Both the position numbers and the translations under genes were made by a program. Shown here one piece after another: positions 1 through 11,309 of a stretch of 64,000 nt of DNA. This DNA is from Betaproteobacteria bacterium. Its GTDB lineage: Bacteria; Pseudomonadota; Gammaproteobacteria; Burkholderiales; SG8-39. The DNA lies in assembly GCA_022340705.1 (NCBI GenBank), contig JAJDNJ010000143.1:17095-81094 (forward strand), in the 5' to 3' direction. Numbering within the stretch: the stretch's first letter is position 1; each line of letters begins with the position of its first letter. The notes beneath the pieces are model-generated. The model did not search any database, had not been told where the DNA came from, and saw only the letters and a list, made by a program, of their open reading frames with translations.

Positions 1-270
1 GCGTGGCGTCTGGAAGGTGCGTGCCACGCCATGCGCCGCGTAGACATGCGGCGCGCGTCCGGTGAGATCGTCGCCCGCCACGATTAACCGCCCCTCGGTC
101 GGCCGCAGCACACCCGAAAGGGTGTGAAAAAAGGTGGTCTTGCCCGCGCCGTTCGGGCCGATGATGCCGACCAGCTCGCCCGTGTGCACGTCAAGATTGA
201 CGCCGTTCACCGCGGTCAGGCCGCCGAACCGTACGCTCACGCCGCGCGCGGAGAGCAGCGCCTCAGGCAT
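1..270 (-). CDS. ABC transporter ATP-binding protein, LivG-like; only the 5' part is present, the gene runs off the left edge
   Basis: Reverse translation from ATG 270-268 reads MPEALLSARGVSVRFGGLTAVNGVNLDVHTGELVGIIGPNGAGKTTFFH (Walker A GPNGAGKT). The start overlaps the stop of the upstream permease. It is absent from the ORF track because the window edge truncates it. Confidence 0.85.
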   Translation of the reverse strand, partial: MPEALLSARGVSVRFGGLTAVNGVNLDVHTGELVGIIGPNGAGKTTFFHTLSGVLRPTEGRLIVAGDDLTGRAPHVYAAHGVARTFQTPR

Positions 271-1201
271 GCGGCCTCGCTCGGCGCACGAACAACGATG
301 CCAGCCCCCCCGGCAGGTAGAGCACCAGCACCACCAGCAGGATCCCGAGCACGAGGAGAAAGGCGTAGGGGAAGCGCAGGCGCAGGAATTCGGTCAGCAG
401 GCTGAAGAACACCGACGATACGATCGGGCCAAGCAGGGTCTGCGCACCGCCCACCATGGCGATCAGCACGGTCTGAAAGCCGATGAAAGGATTGAACACC
501 GACATTGGCTCGATGTAGGTCCAGCGCACCGCCATCGCCGCGCCGAGCGCGCCCGGGAAGAACGCGGAAAGCGAGAACGCCAACACCTTGGCCCGCCGGG
601 CGTTCACGCCGAGCGTCTGTGCGCGCTCCTCGTCGCCGCCGATCCCGGCAAGCGCGAAGCCAAGGCGGCTCGCACGCACCAGGATCGCCGTCGCGACGGC
701 GAGCACCGTGATGCCGAGCACGGTCCAGTAGATCACCGCGTTCTCGGGCGCGTCGCTGATGATCCGCCCTGCCGTCTCGAACATGGTCTTCTCGACGTAG
801 GTGATCGAATGCAGCACGAGCTCGGTCAGGCCGAAGGTGATCACGGCGAAGTAGGCGCCGCGCAGATGCAGCACCGCAACGCCGATGAGCGCGGCGAACG
901 CCGCGCCGACCAGCCCGCCGGCGAGCACGGTCAGGCCGTAGGGCATCGACTCGAGCCCCCAGGCGGTGACGTAGGCGCCAAGGCCGAAGAACGCCGAGGT
1001 CGCGAGCGAAAGGTAGTGCGTGGGTCCGCAGAACATCGACCAGCTCACCGCGAGCGCCGCGAACATCAGGCAGCTGAGCGCGAGAGAGAGCATGAAATCC
1101 GACAACAGCCAGGGCAGCACCGCAAGCAACGCGCCGGCCACCACGGTCAGGGTGAGGGCGCGCGGAACGCCGCGCATCCGCGTCAGGGTCGACCGGCTCA
1201 T
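263..1201 (-). CDS. branched-chain amino acid type ABC transporter permease (LivM-like)
   Basis: 312-aa strongly hydrophobic multi-helix ORF in permease-permease-ATPase order. ATGA overlap with the upstream permease at 1198-1201. Confidence 0.85.
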   Translation of the reverse strand: MSRSTLTRMRGVPRALTLTVVAGALLAVLPWLLSDFMLSLALSCLMFAALAVSWSMFCGPTHYLSLATSAFFGLGAYVTAWGLESMPYGLTVLAGGLVGAAFAALIGVAVLHLRGAYFAVITFGLTELVLHSITYVEKTMFETAGRIISDAPENAVIYWTVLGITVLAVATAILVRASRLGFALAGIGGDEERAQTLGVNARRAKVLAFSLSAFFPGALGAAMAVRWTYIEPMSVFNPFIGFQTVLIAMVGGAQTLLGPIVSSVFFSLLTEFLRLRFPYAFLLVLGILLVVLVLYLPGGLASLFVRRARPHA

Positions 1202-2067
1202 CGCGCAAACAACCCTTTCGGCCGTGCGATCAGGACGGCGACCAGCACCCCGTAGGACAGCACCATCTTGAGTGAGGGATTGGTGAAGTGCATGCCGAAG
1301 GCCTCGACCAGCCCGAGCAGGAAGCCGCCGAGCAGGCTGCCGATTGCGCTGCCCAGCCCGCCGAGCGTGATCACGATCAGCGCGGTAACCGTGTAAGGCT
1401 CTCCCATCGAGGGCGAGATTTCGTAAACCATTGACAGCAGACCCCCCGCGACGCCGGCAAGCGCGAGGCCGGCACCAAACACCACCGGGTGCAGCGTCGA
1501 GGTGTCGATGCCGACCAGCTGCGCACCGGTCGGCGACTGCATCATTGCGCGCACCGCCTTGCCGATCATCGTCCAGCGCAGCACGGCGAGCAGGCCGAGG
1601 CTCGCCGCGACAGCGACGCCGAACACAAGCAGCCGGTTGGCCATGAACCGCGCGCCGGCGATGTCGACCGGCTCGGCCATGAAGGAGTAGCCGCGCAGGT
1701 CTGCGCCCCAGGCGAGGTACACGGCGTTCTGCACGAAGAACATCAGACCGAAACCGACGAGGAGGCTCCTTGCCTCGATCACTTCAACCGTCGGCGCTGA
1801 ACGCGAGATACGCCGGAAGCAGAGGCGGTAGACCACCATGCCGACCAGGAACAGCGTAACGGCGACGCCCGGCAGTAGCACGATCGGGTTGATCTTGAGC
1901 GTGGTATGCGCGAGCCAGGTGAGATAGGCACCGAGCATCAGGAACTCGCCGTGCGAGATGTTCATGATGCGCATCAGCCCGTACTGCAGGTTGAGGCCGA
2001 TCGCGACCACGGCGTAGATCCCGCCGGTGATCAAACCGGATGCGGCGAGCTCAAGCCAGAATCCCAT
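1198..2067 (-). CDS. branched-chain amino acid type ABC transporter permease (LivH-like)
   Basis: 289-aa hydrophobic ORF (MGFWLELAASGLITGGIYAVVAIGLNLQYG...), a typical LivH N-terminus, coupled to the downstream permease. Confidence 0.85.
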   Translation of the reverse strand: MGFWLELAASGLITGGIYAVVAIGLNLQYGLMRIMNISHGEFLMLGAYLTWLAHTTLKINPIVLLPGVAVTLFLVGMVVYRLCFRRISRSAPTVEVIEARSLLVGFGLMFFVQNAVYLAWGADLRGYSFMAEPVDIAGARFMANRLLVFGVAVAASLGLLAVLRWTMIGKAVRAMMQSPTGAQLVGIDTSTLHPVVFGAGLALAGVAGGLLSMVYEISPSMGEPYTVTALIVITLGGLGSAIGSLLGGFLLGLVEAFGMHFTNPSLKMVLSYGVLVAVLIARPKGLFAR

Positions 2068-2073
2068 GGGACG

Positions 2074-2123
2074 AAAAAAACCCCGCGAAGGCCACGACGC
2101 GCTTTACGTCGAGGCCCGCGGGG
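2074..2123 (-). terminator. intrinsic terminator between the binding-protein gene and the permease genes
   Basis: On the minus strand: CCCCGCGGGCCTCGACG-taaagcg-CGTCGTGGCCttCGCGGGG followed by TTTTTTT. A long GC stem plus a U7 tract, 20 nt after the SBP stop and 7 nt before the livH-like ATG. Confidence 0.7.
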
Positions 2124-2142
2124 CTCGGCCTGCGTCGAGACG

Positions 2143-3333
2143 CTATTTCCAATCGGGCTTGGGGAAGAGCGCCGCCGAGGTTGCACGCTGCGGCGGCCAG
2201 ACCACTTCGAATTCCCCGCTCTGCCACTGGCTCACCACGCCCGGCGTCGATACGTTCTCGCTGCCCTTGAAGCGCATCGGACCGATGATCGTCTGGTGCG
2301 TCGTGTTGGCGATGTAGTCGCGGATTTTCTTGCGGTCCAGGCCGACCTTCTCGACCGCGTCCTGCAGGATCTCGAGGCCCGCATAGCAGAAAGCACTCGC
2401 CCAGCGGTCGGGTTCCTTCTTCCAGCGCTTCACGTGCGCATCGAAATAGGCCTTCGCCGCGGCACCGGTCTTCGGGTTCCACGTACCCAAGCCCATGACG
2501 CCTTCGACCGTCGCCGCGCCCATCTTGTCGCGGTAGATCGGGAACGCAGTACCAACGGCAAGGTAGAAGATCTTCGCGTTGAAGCCGATCGCCTTCGCCT
2601 GGCCGGTCGATAGGAAGGTACCCGGCGGATAGGTCAGCCCGATGAACGCATCCGGCTTCTTCGCCTGCATGTCTTTCAGCACGGGCGAAAGGTCCTTGAT
2701 GCCCAGCGGATAGCTTTTCGCCTCGAGAATCTTGATGCCCTTCTTGGCCATCGACGACTTGAGCGAAGTGAACTGCTCGAGCCCGAACAGCTCATCGACG
2801 TGGATCACGGCCGCGGTCTTCACCTTGCGCGCCACCATGTACTCGGCGAGCGCATCCATCATCACGTCCGGCTGCTGCAGCAATGCGAAGAAGTACGGAT
2901 TCTTCGCGTCGACCAGCTTGCGGCCCGTCGCGGTGCAGGACAGCATCGGATAGTGGTACTTCTTGGCGAGCGACATGATCGCGAAGTTCGCGCCCGTGCC
3001 CCAGGGCGGCAGGATCAGATCCACCTTGTCGCTCGACATCAGCTTCTCGTAGCTGCGCACGACCGTCTCCATGTTGCTGCGGTCGTCGTAGCCGATGAGC
3101 TCGATCTTGCGTTTCTTGCCGCCGACGTTGAGGCCGCCTGCGGCGTTCACCTGCTCGGCCCACATGATGTAGTTCGGCTCCTGGGTGACCTGCGCACCCG
3201 GGGCCCAGGGCCCGGTGCGCGCGATCGCGTAGCCGATGCGTACGTTTTGCGCGGCGGCGGGCGCCACCGGTGCCAGCAGGGCGGCCGCGGTCAGTGCGAC
3301 CGCAATCCCCATGAACGATTTGCTGCGTTTCAT
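2143..3333 (-). CDS. ABC transporter periplasmic substrate-binding protein (Leu/Ile/Val-binding type I PBP family)
   Basis: The ORF track gives 2143..3429. I prefer ATG 3333 (MKRSKSFMGIAVALTAAALLAPVAPAAAQ, a signal peptide) preceded by a GAGAGGAGA Shine-Dalgarno. It is adjacent to the Liv-type permeases. Confidence 0.85.
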   Translation of the reverse strand: MKRSKSFMGIAVALTAAALLAPVAPAAAQNVRIGYAIARTGPWAPGAQVTQEPNYIMWAEQVNAAGGLNVGGKKRKIELIGYDDRSNMETVVRSYEKLMSSDKVDLILPPWGTGANFAIMSLAKKYHYPMLSCTATGRKLVDAKNPYFFALLQQPDVMMDALAEYMVARKVKTAAVIHVDELFGLEQFTSLKSSMAKKGIKILEAKSYPLGIKDLSPVLKDMQAKKPDAFIGLTYPPGTFLSTGQAKAIGFNAKIFYLAVGTAFPIYRDKMGAATVEGVMGLGTWNPKTGAAAKAYFDAHVKRWKKEPDRWASAFCYAGLEILQDAVEKVGLDRKKIRDYIANTTHQTIIGPMRFKGSENVSTPGVVSQWQSGEFEVVWPPQRATSAALFPKPDWK

Positions 3334-3514
3334 CGCTCTCTCCTCTCGTTCGATGCGCGAATCGGTCTCCGCCAGCGCCTTCACCGACCGCGCCGGAGGT
3401 CCTTGTTTATTCTGATTTTTCCGAATCACTGTACGCAGCCGTGCGGCACGCTGTCAATCATAAGGTTTGGCGCCCAAACGATCGCAAAATGCGACATTCG
3501 GCGACTGAACGCAC

Positions 3515-3520
3515 TAGAAT
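3515..3520 (+). promoter_or_regulatory. candidate -10 hexamer TAGAAT upstream of gabD
   Basis: TAGAAT lies 34 nt before ATG 3554, with GCGACA 18 nt upstream as a weak -35. The same hexamer recurs before typA, ftsY and gpmA. Confidence 0.3.
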
Positions 3521-3553
3521 TTCCTCATTGCGGCGCAACACGAGGAGACAGCC

Positions 3554-5053
3554 ATGAACGCACCGGGAAAATCAGGGCTTCCACCGATTTCGCTCAAGGA
3601 TCCGCAGCTGTTCCGCACCCAGGCTTACGTCGATGGCGCCTGGGCCGATGCCGAAGGTGGCAAGACCTTTCCCGTCACCAATCCGGCCAGCGGTGAGACG
3701 CTTGCCGTCGTACCGGACATGGGGGCAAGCGAGACACGGCGCGCGATCGAGGCGGCCGATCGGGCCTGGCCGGCATGGCGCGCGAAGACCGCGAAGGAAC
3801 GCCACGCCGTTCTGCTCAAGTGGTTCAACCTGATGATGCAGAACCAGGAGGACCTGGCGCAGATCCTCACCGCCGAGCAGGGCAAGCCGCTGACCGAGGC
3901 ACGTGGCGAGATCGCCTACGGCGCATCGTTCATCGAGTGGTTCGCCGAGGAAGGCAAGCGTGCCTACGGCGATGTGATTCCCTCGCACATGGCCGATCGA
4001 CGCGTGCTCGTGCTGAAGCAGCCGATCGGCGTGTCGGCCATGATCACGCCGTGGAACTTCCCCAACGCGATGATCACGCGCAAGGCAGGGCCCGCGCTCG
4101 CCGCGGGCTGCACCGTGGTCCTCAAGCCTGCCGAACAGACGCCGCTTTCCGCGCTCGCGATGGCCGAGCTCGCCGAGCGCGCGGGCATCCCGAAGGGTGT
4201 GCTCAACATCGTGACCGGCAGCGGCGAGTCCGCGCCGGCAATCGGCCAGGAGCTGTGCGCCAATCCGACGGTGCGCAAGCTCTCGTTTACCGGCTCGACC
4301 GAGGTCGGCCGCATCCTGATGCGCCAGTCGGCCGACACCATCAAGAAGCTTTCCCTCGAGCTCGGCGGCAACGCACCGTTCATCGTATTCGACGACGCCG
4401 ATCTCGACGCGGCCGTCGAGGGCGCAATCGCGAGCAAGTACCGCAACGCGGGCCAGACCTGCGTCTGCGCGAACCGGATCTACGTGCAGGAGGCGGTGTA
4501 CGATGCATTCGCCGCGAAGCTCGCCGAAAAGGTGAAGAGCTTCAAGGTCGGCGCCGGCACCGAGAGTGGCGTGGTGATCGGCCCGCTGATCGACGAGCAG
4601 GGCATGAAGAAGGTCGAGCAGCACGTGTCCGACGCGCTCGGCAAGGGCGCCAAGGTGATGCTGGGCGGCAAGCGCCACGCCAAGGGCGGGTTGTTCTTCG
4701 AGCCGACAGTGATCACCGGCGTGACCCCGGAGATGATCGTCTCCTACGAGGAAACCTTCGGCCCTGTGGCGCCGCTGATTCGCTTCAAGACGGAAGAGGA
4801 CGCGGTGCGCCTTGCCAACAACACCGAGTTCGGCCTCGCCGGCTACTTCTACAGCCGTGACGTGGGCCGCATCTTCCGCGTCGCGGAGAATATGGAAACC
4901 GGCATGGTCTGCGCCAACTCCGGAATCCTGTCGACCGAGATCGCGCCCTTCGGCGGCGTGAAGCAATCCGGCCTCGGACGCGAAGGCTCGAAGTACGGCA
5001 TCGACGAGTACCTTGAGATCAAGTATCTGATGATCGCCGGCCTCGACAAGTAG
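3554..5053 (+). CDS. gabD: NADP-dependent succinate-semialdehyde dehydrogenase
   Basis: 499 aa, collinear with E. coli GabD from memory (ITPWNFP, LELGGNAPFIVFDDADLD, FRNAGQTCVCANR, EETFGP). Confidence 0.93.
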   Translation: MNAPGKSGLPPISLKDPQLFRTQAYVDGAWADAEGGKTFPVTNPASGETLAVVPDMGASETRRAIEAADRAWPAWRAKTAKERHAVLLKWFNLMMQNQEDLAQILTAEQGKPLTEARGEIAYGASFIEWFAEEGKRAYGDVIPSHMADRRVLVLKQPIGVSAMITPWNFPNAMITRKAGPALAAGCTVVLKPAEQTPLSALAMAELAERAGIPKGVLNIVTGSGESAPAIGQELCANPTVRKLSFTGSTEVGRILMRQSADTIKKLSLELGGNAPFIVFDDADLDAAVEGAIASKYRNAGQTCVCANRIYVQEAVYDAFAAKLAEKVKSFKVGAGTESGVVIGPLIDEQGMKKVEQHVSDALGKGAKVMLGGKRHAKGGLFFEPTVITGVTPEMIVSYEETFGPVAPLIRFKTEEDAVRLANNTEFGLAGYFYSRDVGRIFRVAENMETGMVCANSGILSTEIAPFGGVKQSGLGREGSKYGIDEYLEIKYLMIAGLDK

Positions 5054-5117
5054 GCCGACAGCGGGACGATTAACGGGCCGGAGCGCGCGGCGCGGCGCGC
5101 CTTCCGGCCTGCGCCGC

Positions 5118-5126
5118 TGATAGAAT
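5118..5126 (+). promoter_or_regulatory. candidate extended -10 promoter (TGaTAGAAT) for typA
   Basis: TGATAGAAT lies 23 nt upstream of ATG 5149. An identical 10-mer GATAGAATC occurs before ftsY. Confidence 0.4.
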
Positions 5127-5148
5127 CTCGTCCTTTTGCCCCGCCCTT

Positions 5149-6996
<1,848 letters not shown>

Positions 6997-7009
6997 GCGC
7001 GGAGTTCGG

Positions 7010-8221
7010 ATGCTCGCCCGCATCCTCGCGGCGATCGGATTGGCGATCGTGCTCGGTGCCTGCGCCGCCGAGAGCACGACGCAAGCACAGTCGTCGACCG
7101 ACTGCCCGAAACCGGGCGCCTGGTACGCGCTCGACGGCACGATCCCGCGCCCGGAGCCGGCCGCCGAGATTCTCGAACACGCGGCGCAAGGCGAAGTCGT
7201 TCTGCTTGGCGAGCAACACGACGCGCCGGACCATCACCGCTGGCAGCTGTACACGCTCGCGGCGCTGTACGCGCAGCGACCGGACATGGCCATCGGCTTC
7301 GAGAGCTTTCCGCGTCGCGTACAGCCGGTGCTCGATCGCTGGGTGGCGGGAGAACTCGACGCGACGCAGCTTTTTGCGCAGACCGACTGGCAGAAGGTCT
7401 GGAACTATCCGCCGCAGCTTTATCTTCCGCTGTTCGAGTTCGCCCGCATCCACCGCATCCCGATGTTCGCGATGAACGTCGAACGCGAGCTCACCCGCGA
7501 CATCGGCGCGCGCGGCTGGGACGCGATCCCCGAAGCGCGCCGCGAAGGCCTGTCGCGCCCCGCGCCTGCAAGCCCCGCCTACCGCGCGGCGCTGTTCGAG
7601 ATCTACCGTCACCATCCAGGGCGGACGACCTCGGCCCCCCAGGCGCCATCGCTGGACGATCCCGAGTTCCAGCGTTTCGTCGAGTCGCAGACCACCTGGG
7701 ACCGCGCGATGGCTCAGGCGATTGCCGCGCGGCTCGACAAGGCGGCGGCCGGGCGGCGGCCGCTGGTCGTGGGAATCGCGGGCAGCGGTCACCTGCGCAA
7801 CGGCTTCGGCATCGCGCATCAGCTACGCGACCTCGGCGTCGATGACGTCACGACGCTGCTGCCGGTCGATGTACCGGAGGACTGCAAGTTTCTCGTCGCC
7901 GGGTTCGCCGACGCGGTGTTCGCCCTGCCCCCGGGGCGTGCGGCGCCGCGCCCGCGTCCGCGGCTCGGCGTGCAGTTGACGCAGAAGGGAGACCGGGTCG
8001 AGATCGTCGACGTCCTGAAGGACAGCCTCGCCGCCTCGATGGACCTGCGCGCAGGCGACGTGATCGTGTCCATGGCCGGGGTCGCGGTCACGCGCCTCGA
8101 TGCGGTCATCGCCGCGGTCCGCGGACAACCGCCGGGCACCTGGCTGCCGATCGAGATTCGGCGCGGCGATTCGACGTTCGAGCGCGTCATCAAGTTCCCG
8201 TCGGCGAAGCCGAAAGAATGA
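7010..8221 (+). CDS. lipoprotein with an N-terminal ChaN/TIKI-superfamily domain and a C-terminal PDZ domain
   Basis: I prefer ATG 7010 (MLARILAAIGLAIVLGAC, lipobox LGAC). Two GxxH motifs are present (LLGEQHD, AGSGHL). The C-terminal ~85 aa look PDZ-like (GVQLTQKGDRVEIVDVLKDSLAASMDLRAGDVIVSMAG). Confidence 0.65.
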   Translation: MLARILAAIGLAIVLGACAAESTTQAQSSTDCPKPGAWYALDGTIPRPEPAAEILEHAAQGEVVLLGEQHDAPDHHRWQLYTLAALYAQRPDMAIGFESFPRRVQPVLDRWVAGELDATQLFAQTDWQKVWNYPPQLYLPLFEFARIHRIPMFAMNVERELTRDIGARGWDAIPEARREGLSRPAPASPAYRAALFEIYRHHPGRTTSAPQAPSLDDPEFQRFVESQTTWDRAMAQAIAARLDKAAAGRRPLVVGIAGSGHLRNGFGIAHQLRDLGVDDVTTLLPVDVPEDCKFLVAGFADAVFALPPGRAAPRPRPRLGVQLTQKGDRVEIVDVLKDSLAASMDLRAGDVIVSMAGVAVTRLDAVIAAVRGQPPGTWLPIEIRRGDSTFERVIKFPSAKPKE

Positions 8222-10209
8222 CGCTGCGCAGGCCTGCGGGCTTTGCCGCGGCGCTGTTTGCAGCCTGCTGCGCACATGCCGCGGCGCCGCGCCTCGAGCT
8301 CGACGTCAGGCTCGATCCGCAAACACGTGCGCTGCACGTCGAAGCGACGCTGCGCGCTGATCGTCTGACCGGGTTTGCCCTGCGCGACGGCCTCAACATC
8401 AGCCAGGCGGTTGCGGACGGCAAGCCAGTCGAGTTGCATGCCGGCCCGGTCGCGCATGGCGTGCGCGAGTGGCGCCTCGCGCGCAGTGCGCAGGCGCTGC
8501 GCATCGCCTACCAGGGAACCCTGGCGCCGCTCGAACGGGGCGCCGACCACCGCCGCGTGCTGCGCGCGCTTCCGCCGATGGCCTCGCCCGAGGGCAGCTT
8601 TCTCCCGGCGGGCAGCCTCTGGGTTCCCTGGCCGGGGGCGATGTTCACCTACCGCCTGCACCTTTCGCTTCCCGCCGGCCAGCGCGGATTGGTGCCCGGC
8701 GACCTGCGCGAGGAGACGATCGCGACCAGCCCCGCCGCGCGTACGGTCGCGACGTTCGAGATGCGCATGCCGAGCGACGGGATCGATCTGATGGCCGGGC
8801 CGTACGTGGTGGACGAACGCATCGTCGAGCGCCCGTCCGGCGGCCCCTTGCGTCTGCGCACCTACTTCACCGAAGCGATTCAAACCCTCGCCAAGGATTA
8901 TCTCGACGACAGCCAGCGCTACCTGGAGCGCTATTCGAAGGAGATCGGCGCGTATCCCTTCGCATCGTTCTCCGTGGTTGCGAGCCCGCTGCCGACCGGA
9001 TTCGGCATGCCGACGCTCACCTATATCGGCGAGGCGGTCCTGCGCCTGCCGTTCATCCGTGCGAGCTCGCTCGGCCACGAAGTGCTGCACAACTGGTGGG
9101 GCAACGGCGTGCTCGTCGATTACGCTGCCGGCAACTGGTCGGAAGGTTTGACCACCTTCATGGCGGACTACGCCTACAAAGAAGAGGTCTCTGCGGACGC
9201 GGCGCGCGAGATGCGCCTCGGCTGGCTGCGCGATTTCGCCGCGCTGCCGCAAGGCGCCGCCAAGCCGCTGACGGAGTTCCGCTCGCGCGCGCACGGCGCC
9301 GATGCGGCGACCGGTTATGGTAAGGCGGCGATGCTGTTTGTCATGCTGCGCGACCTGATCGGCCGCGCCGCGTTCGAGCAGGGCGTGCGCGGCCTCTGGT
9401 CGCATTACCGGTTTCGCGAAGCCTCGTGGAACGATCTGCGCAAGGCCTTCGAGGCTGCGTCGGGGCGCGACCTGTCGGTGTTCTTCAAGCAGTGGCTCGA
9501 GCGCGCGGGCGCACCCGTCCTGCGGGTCGCTTCCGCCCGCGCGCGAGGTTCGGATGTCGAAGTGACGCTCGAGCAGAGCGCACCGCCCTACCTGCTGCAC
9601 GTTCCGCTCGAGCTCGTCGGCGGTGCGCAAACGCTCACGCGCGATGTCGCGTTCTCGCGCGCGCGGGAAACGCTGCGCATCGAAGGCGCTGCGTCGGCGA
9701 GCGCGGTGCGTCTCGATCCGGATCTGCGCCTGTGGCGCCGGCTCGATCCGCAAGCGCTGCCGCCGATCCTGCGCGAGTGGATTCTCGCGCGCGCGCCGCA
9801 GTACGCCGTGGTCACGCCATCGGACGATGTACGCGCGGCGGCCGAGCGGCTTGCGCAACGCTTGTTCGAGTCGCCCGCGCGCCCGGCCGAGCCCGCCGAC
9901 GGCGACAAAGCCCCGCTATTGATTGTTGGACTTTACGCCGATGTCGACACCGCGCTCGCGCGGCTCGGCCTGCCGCCGCGCCCTGCCCAGGTCGCGCGCA
10001 GCGGCTCGGCCCGGGTCTGGACTATTCCGCGCGCGCCGTATAACACGCCGATTGCCGTCGTTTCCGCGCGCGACGCGGAGGCGCTGGCAGCGCTCGAACG
10101 GCCGCTGCCACACTATGGCGCGCAGAGCTGGCTCGTGTTCGACGGGCGCCGTGCACTCGCGCGCGGCGTCTGGCCGCTGCAAGAGAAACCGACGCCGATC
10201 GCGCGCTAG
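8218..10209 (+). CDS. secreted M1-family zinc metallopeptidase (aminopeptidase N-like)
   Basis: 663 aa. Signal-like N-terminus MTLRRPAGFAAALFAACCAHAAA. HEVLHNWWGN...WSEGLTTF (HExxH plus distal E). ATGA overlap with the upstream gene. Confidence 0.8.
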   Translation: MTLRRPAGFAAALFAACCAHAAAPRLELDVRLDPQTRALHVEATLRADRLTGFALRDGLNISQAVADGKPVELHAGPVAHGVREWRLARSAQALRIAYQGTLAPLERGADHRRVLRALPPMASPEGSFLPAGSLWVPWPGAMFTYRLHLSLPAGQRGLVPGDLREETIATSPAARTVATFEMRMPSDGIDLMAGPYVVDERIVERPSGGPLRLRTYFTEAIQTLAKDYLDDSQRYLERYSKEIGAYPFASFSVVASPLPTGFGMPTLTYIGEAVLRLPFIRASSLGHEVLHNWWGNGVLVDYAAGNWSEGLTTFMADYAYKEEVSADAAREMRLGWLRDFAALPQGAAKPLTEFRSRAHGADAATGYGKAAMLFVMLRDLIGRAAFEQGVRGLWSHYRFREASWNDLRKAFEAASGRDLSVFFKQWLERAGAPVLRVASARARGSDVEVTLEQSAPPYLLHVPLELVGGAQTLTRDVAFSRARETLRIEGAASASAVRLDPDLRLWRRLDPQALPPILREWILARAPQYAVVTPSDDVRAAAERLAQRLFESPARPAEPADGDKAPLLIVGLYADVDTALARLGLPPRPAQVARSGSARVWTIPRAPYNTPIAVVSARDAEALAALERPLPHYGAQSWLVFDGRRALARGVWPLQEKPTPIAR

Positions 10210-10214
10210 CGCGC

Positions 10215-11309
10215 TCAGACGTTGAAGCGGAAGTGCATCACGTCGCCATCGCGGACGACGTATTCCTTGCCTTCGACGCGCATCTTGCCGGCCTCCTTCG
10301 CCTTCTGCTCGCCCTCGAGGCGCAGGTAGTCGTCGATCGCGATCACTTCGGCACGGATGAAGCCGTGCTGGAAATCGGTGTGGATCACGCCGGCCGCCTC
10401 CGGCGCGGTCGCGCCGACGCGCACGGTCCAGGCACGCACTTCCTTCGGACCGGCGGTGAAATAGGTCTGCAGGCCGAGCAGCATGTAGCCCGCGCGGATC
10501 ACGCGGTTCAGGCCCGGCTCGTCCATGTTCATGTCGCCGAGAAACACCTTCTTGTCTTCTTCGCTCAGGTCGGCGATCTGCGCCTCGATCGCCGCACAGA
10601 TCGCCACGACCGGCGCACCCTCCTTGGCGGCGTGCGCCTCGACCGCGGCGAGCAACGGATTGTCGCGAAATCCGTTCTCGGCCACGTTGGCGACGTACAT
10701 CGTCGGCTTCATGGTGAGGAGAAATAACGGCTTGAGCACCGCCAGCTCCTCGCGCGAGAGCTCGACCGAGCGCGCCGGGCGCCCCTGATCGAGCGCCACC
10801 TGCACCTTGGCGAGCACCGCGACCAAGCGCTGCGCGTCCTTGTCGCCGCCGGCCCTGGCGACCTTCTCGTTCTTGGCGAGCTGTTTTTCGACCGCCGCCA
10901 GGTCGGCGAGCGCGAGCTCGGTGTTGATCGTCTCGATGTCCGACACCGGATCGACCCGCCCCGCGACGTGCACCACGTTCGGGTCCTCGAAGCAGCGCAC
11001 GACATGGGCGATCGCGTCGGTCTCGCGGATGTTCGCCAGGAACTGGTTGCCGAGTCCCTCGCCCTTGGACGCGCCGGCGACGAGCCCGGCGATGTCGACA
11101 AATTCGACCACCGCGGGAATCACCTTCTGCGGCTTGGCGATGCGCGCGAGCTCCGCGAGCCTCGCATCGGGCACTTCGACGATGCCGACGTTCGGCTCGA
11201 TCGTGCAGAACGGATAGTTTTCCGCCGAGATCGAAGCCTTGGTCAGCGCATTGAACAGCGTCGACTTGCCGACGTTCGGCAAGCCCACGATACCGCACTT
11301 CAGGCTCAT
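10215..11309 (-). CDS. ychF: redox-regulated ATPase YchF
   Basis: 364 aa, [23 protein letters not shown]. Conserved pth-ychF synteny. Confidence 0.96.
   Translation of the reverse strand: MSLKCGIVGLPNVGKSTLFNALTKASISAENYPFCTIEPNVGIVEVPDARLAELARIAKPQKVIPAVVEFVDIAGLVAGASKGEGLGNQFLANIRETDAIAHVVRCFEDPNVVHVAGRVDPVSDIETINTELALADLAAVEKQLAKNEKVARAGGDKDAQRLVAVLAKVQVALDQGRPARSVELSREELAVLKPLFLLTMKPTMYVANVAENGFRDNPLLAAVEAHAAKEGAPVVAICAAIEAQIADLSEEDKKVFLGDMNMDEPGLNRVIRAGYMLLGLQTYFTAGPKEVRAWTVRVGATAPEAAGVIHTDFQHGFIRAEVIAIDDYLRLEGEQKAKEAGKMRVEGKEYVVRDGDVMHFRFNV

Noticed and set aside
3466-3478. Inverted repeat TTTGG-cgc-CCAAA in the SBP/gabD divergent region as a regulator operator
   Set aside because: The arms are only 5 bp and no regulator gene is adjacent. 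This is too weak to call, although it could be tested if a GabR-type or Lrp-type regulator is found elsewhere.
7819-9858. 679-aa ORF antisense to the M1 peptidase gene
   Set aside because: Its translation is Arg/Ala/Gly/Pro-rich low complexity with no recognisable motif. It lies exactly opposite a gene with clear family motifs. This is a typical stop-codon-poor shadow frame of very GC-rich DNA.
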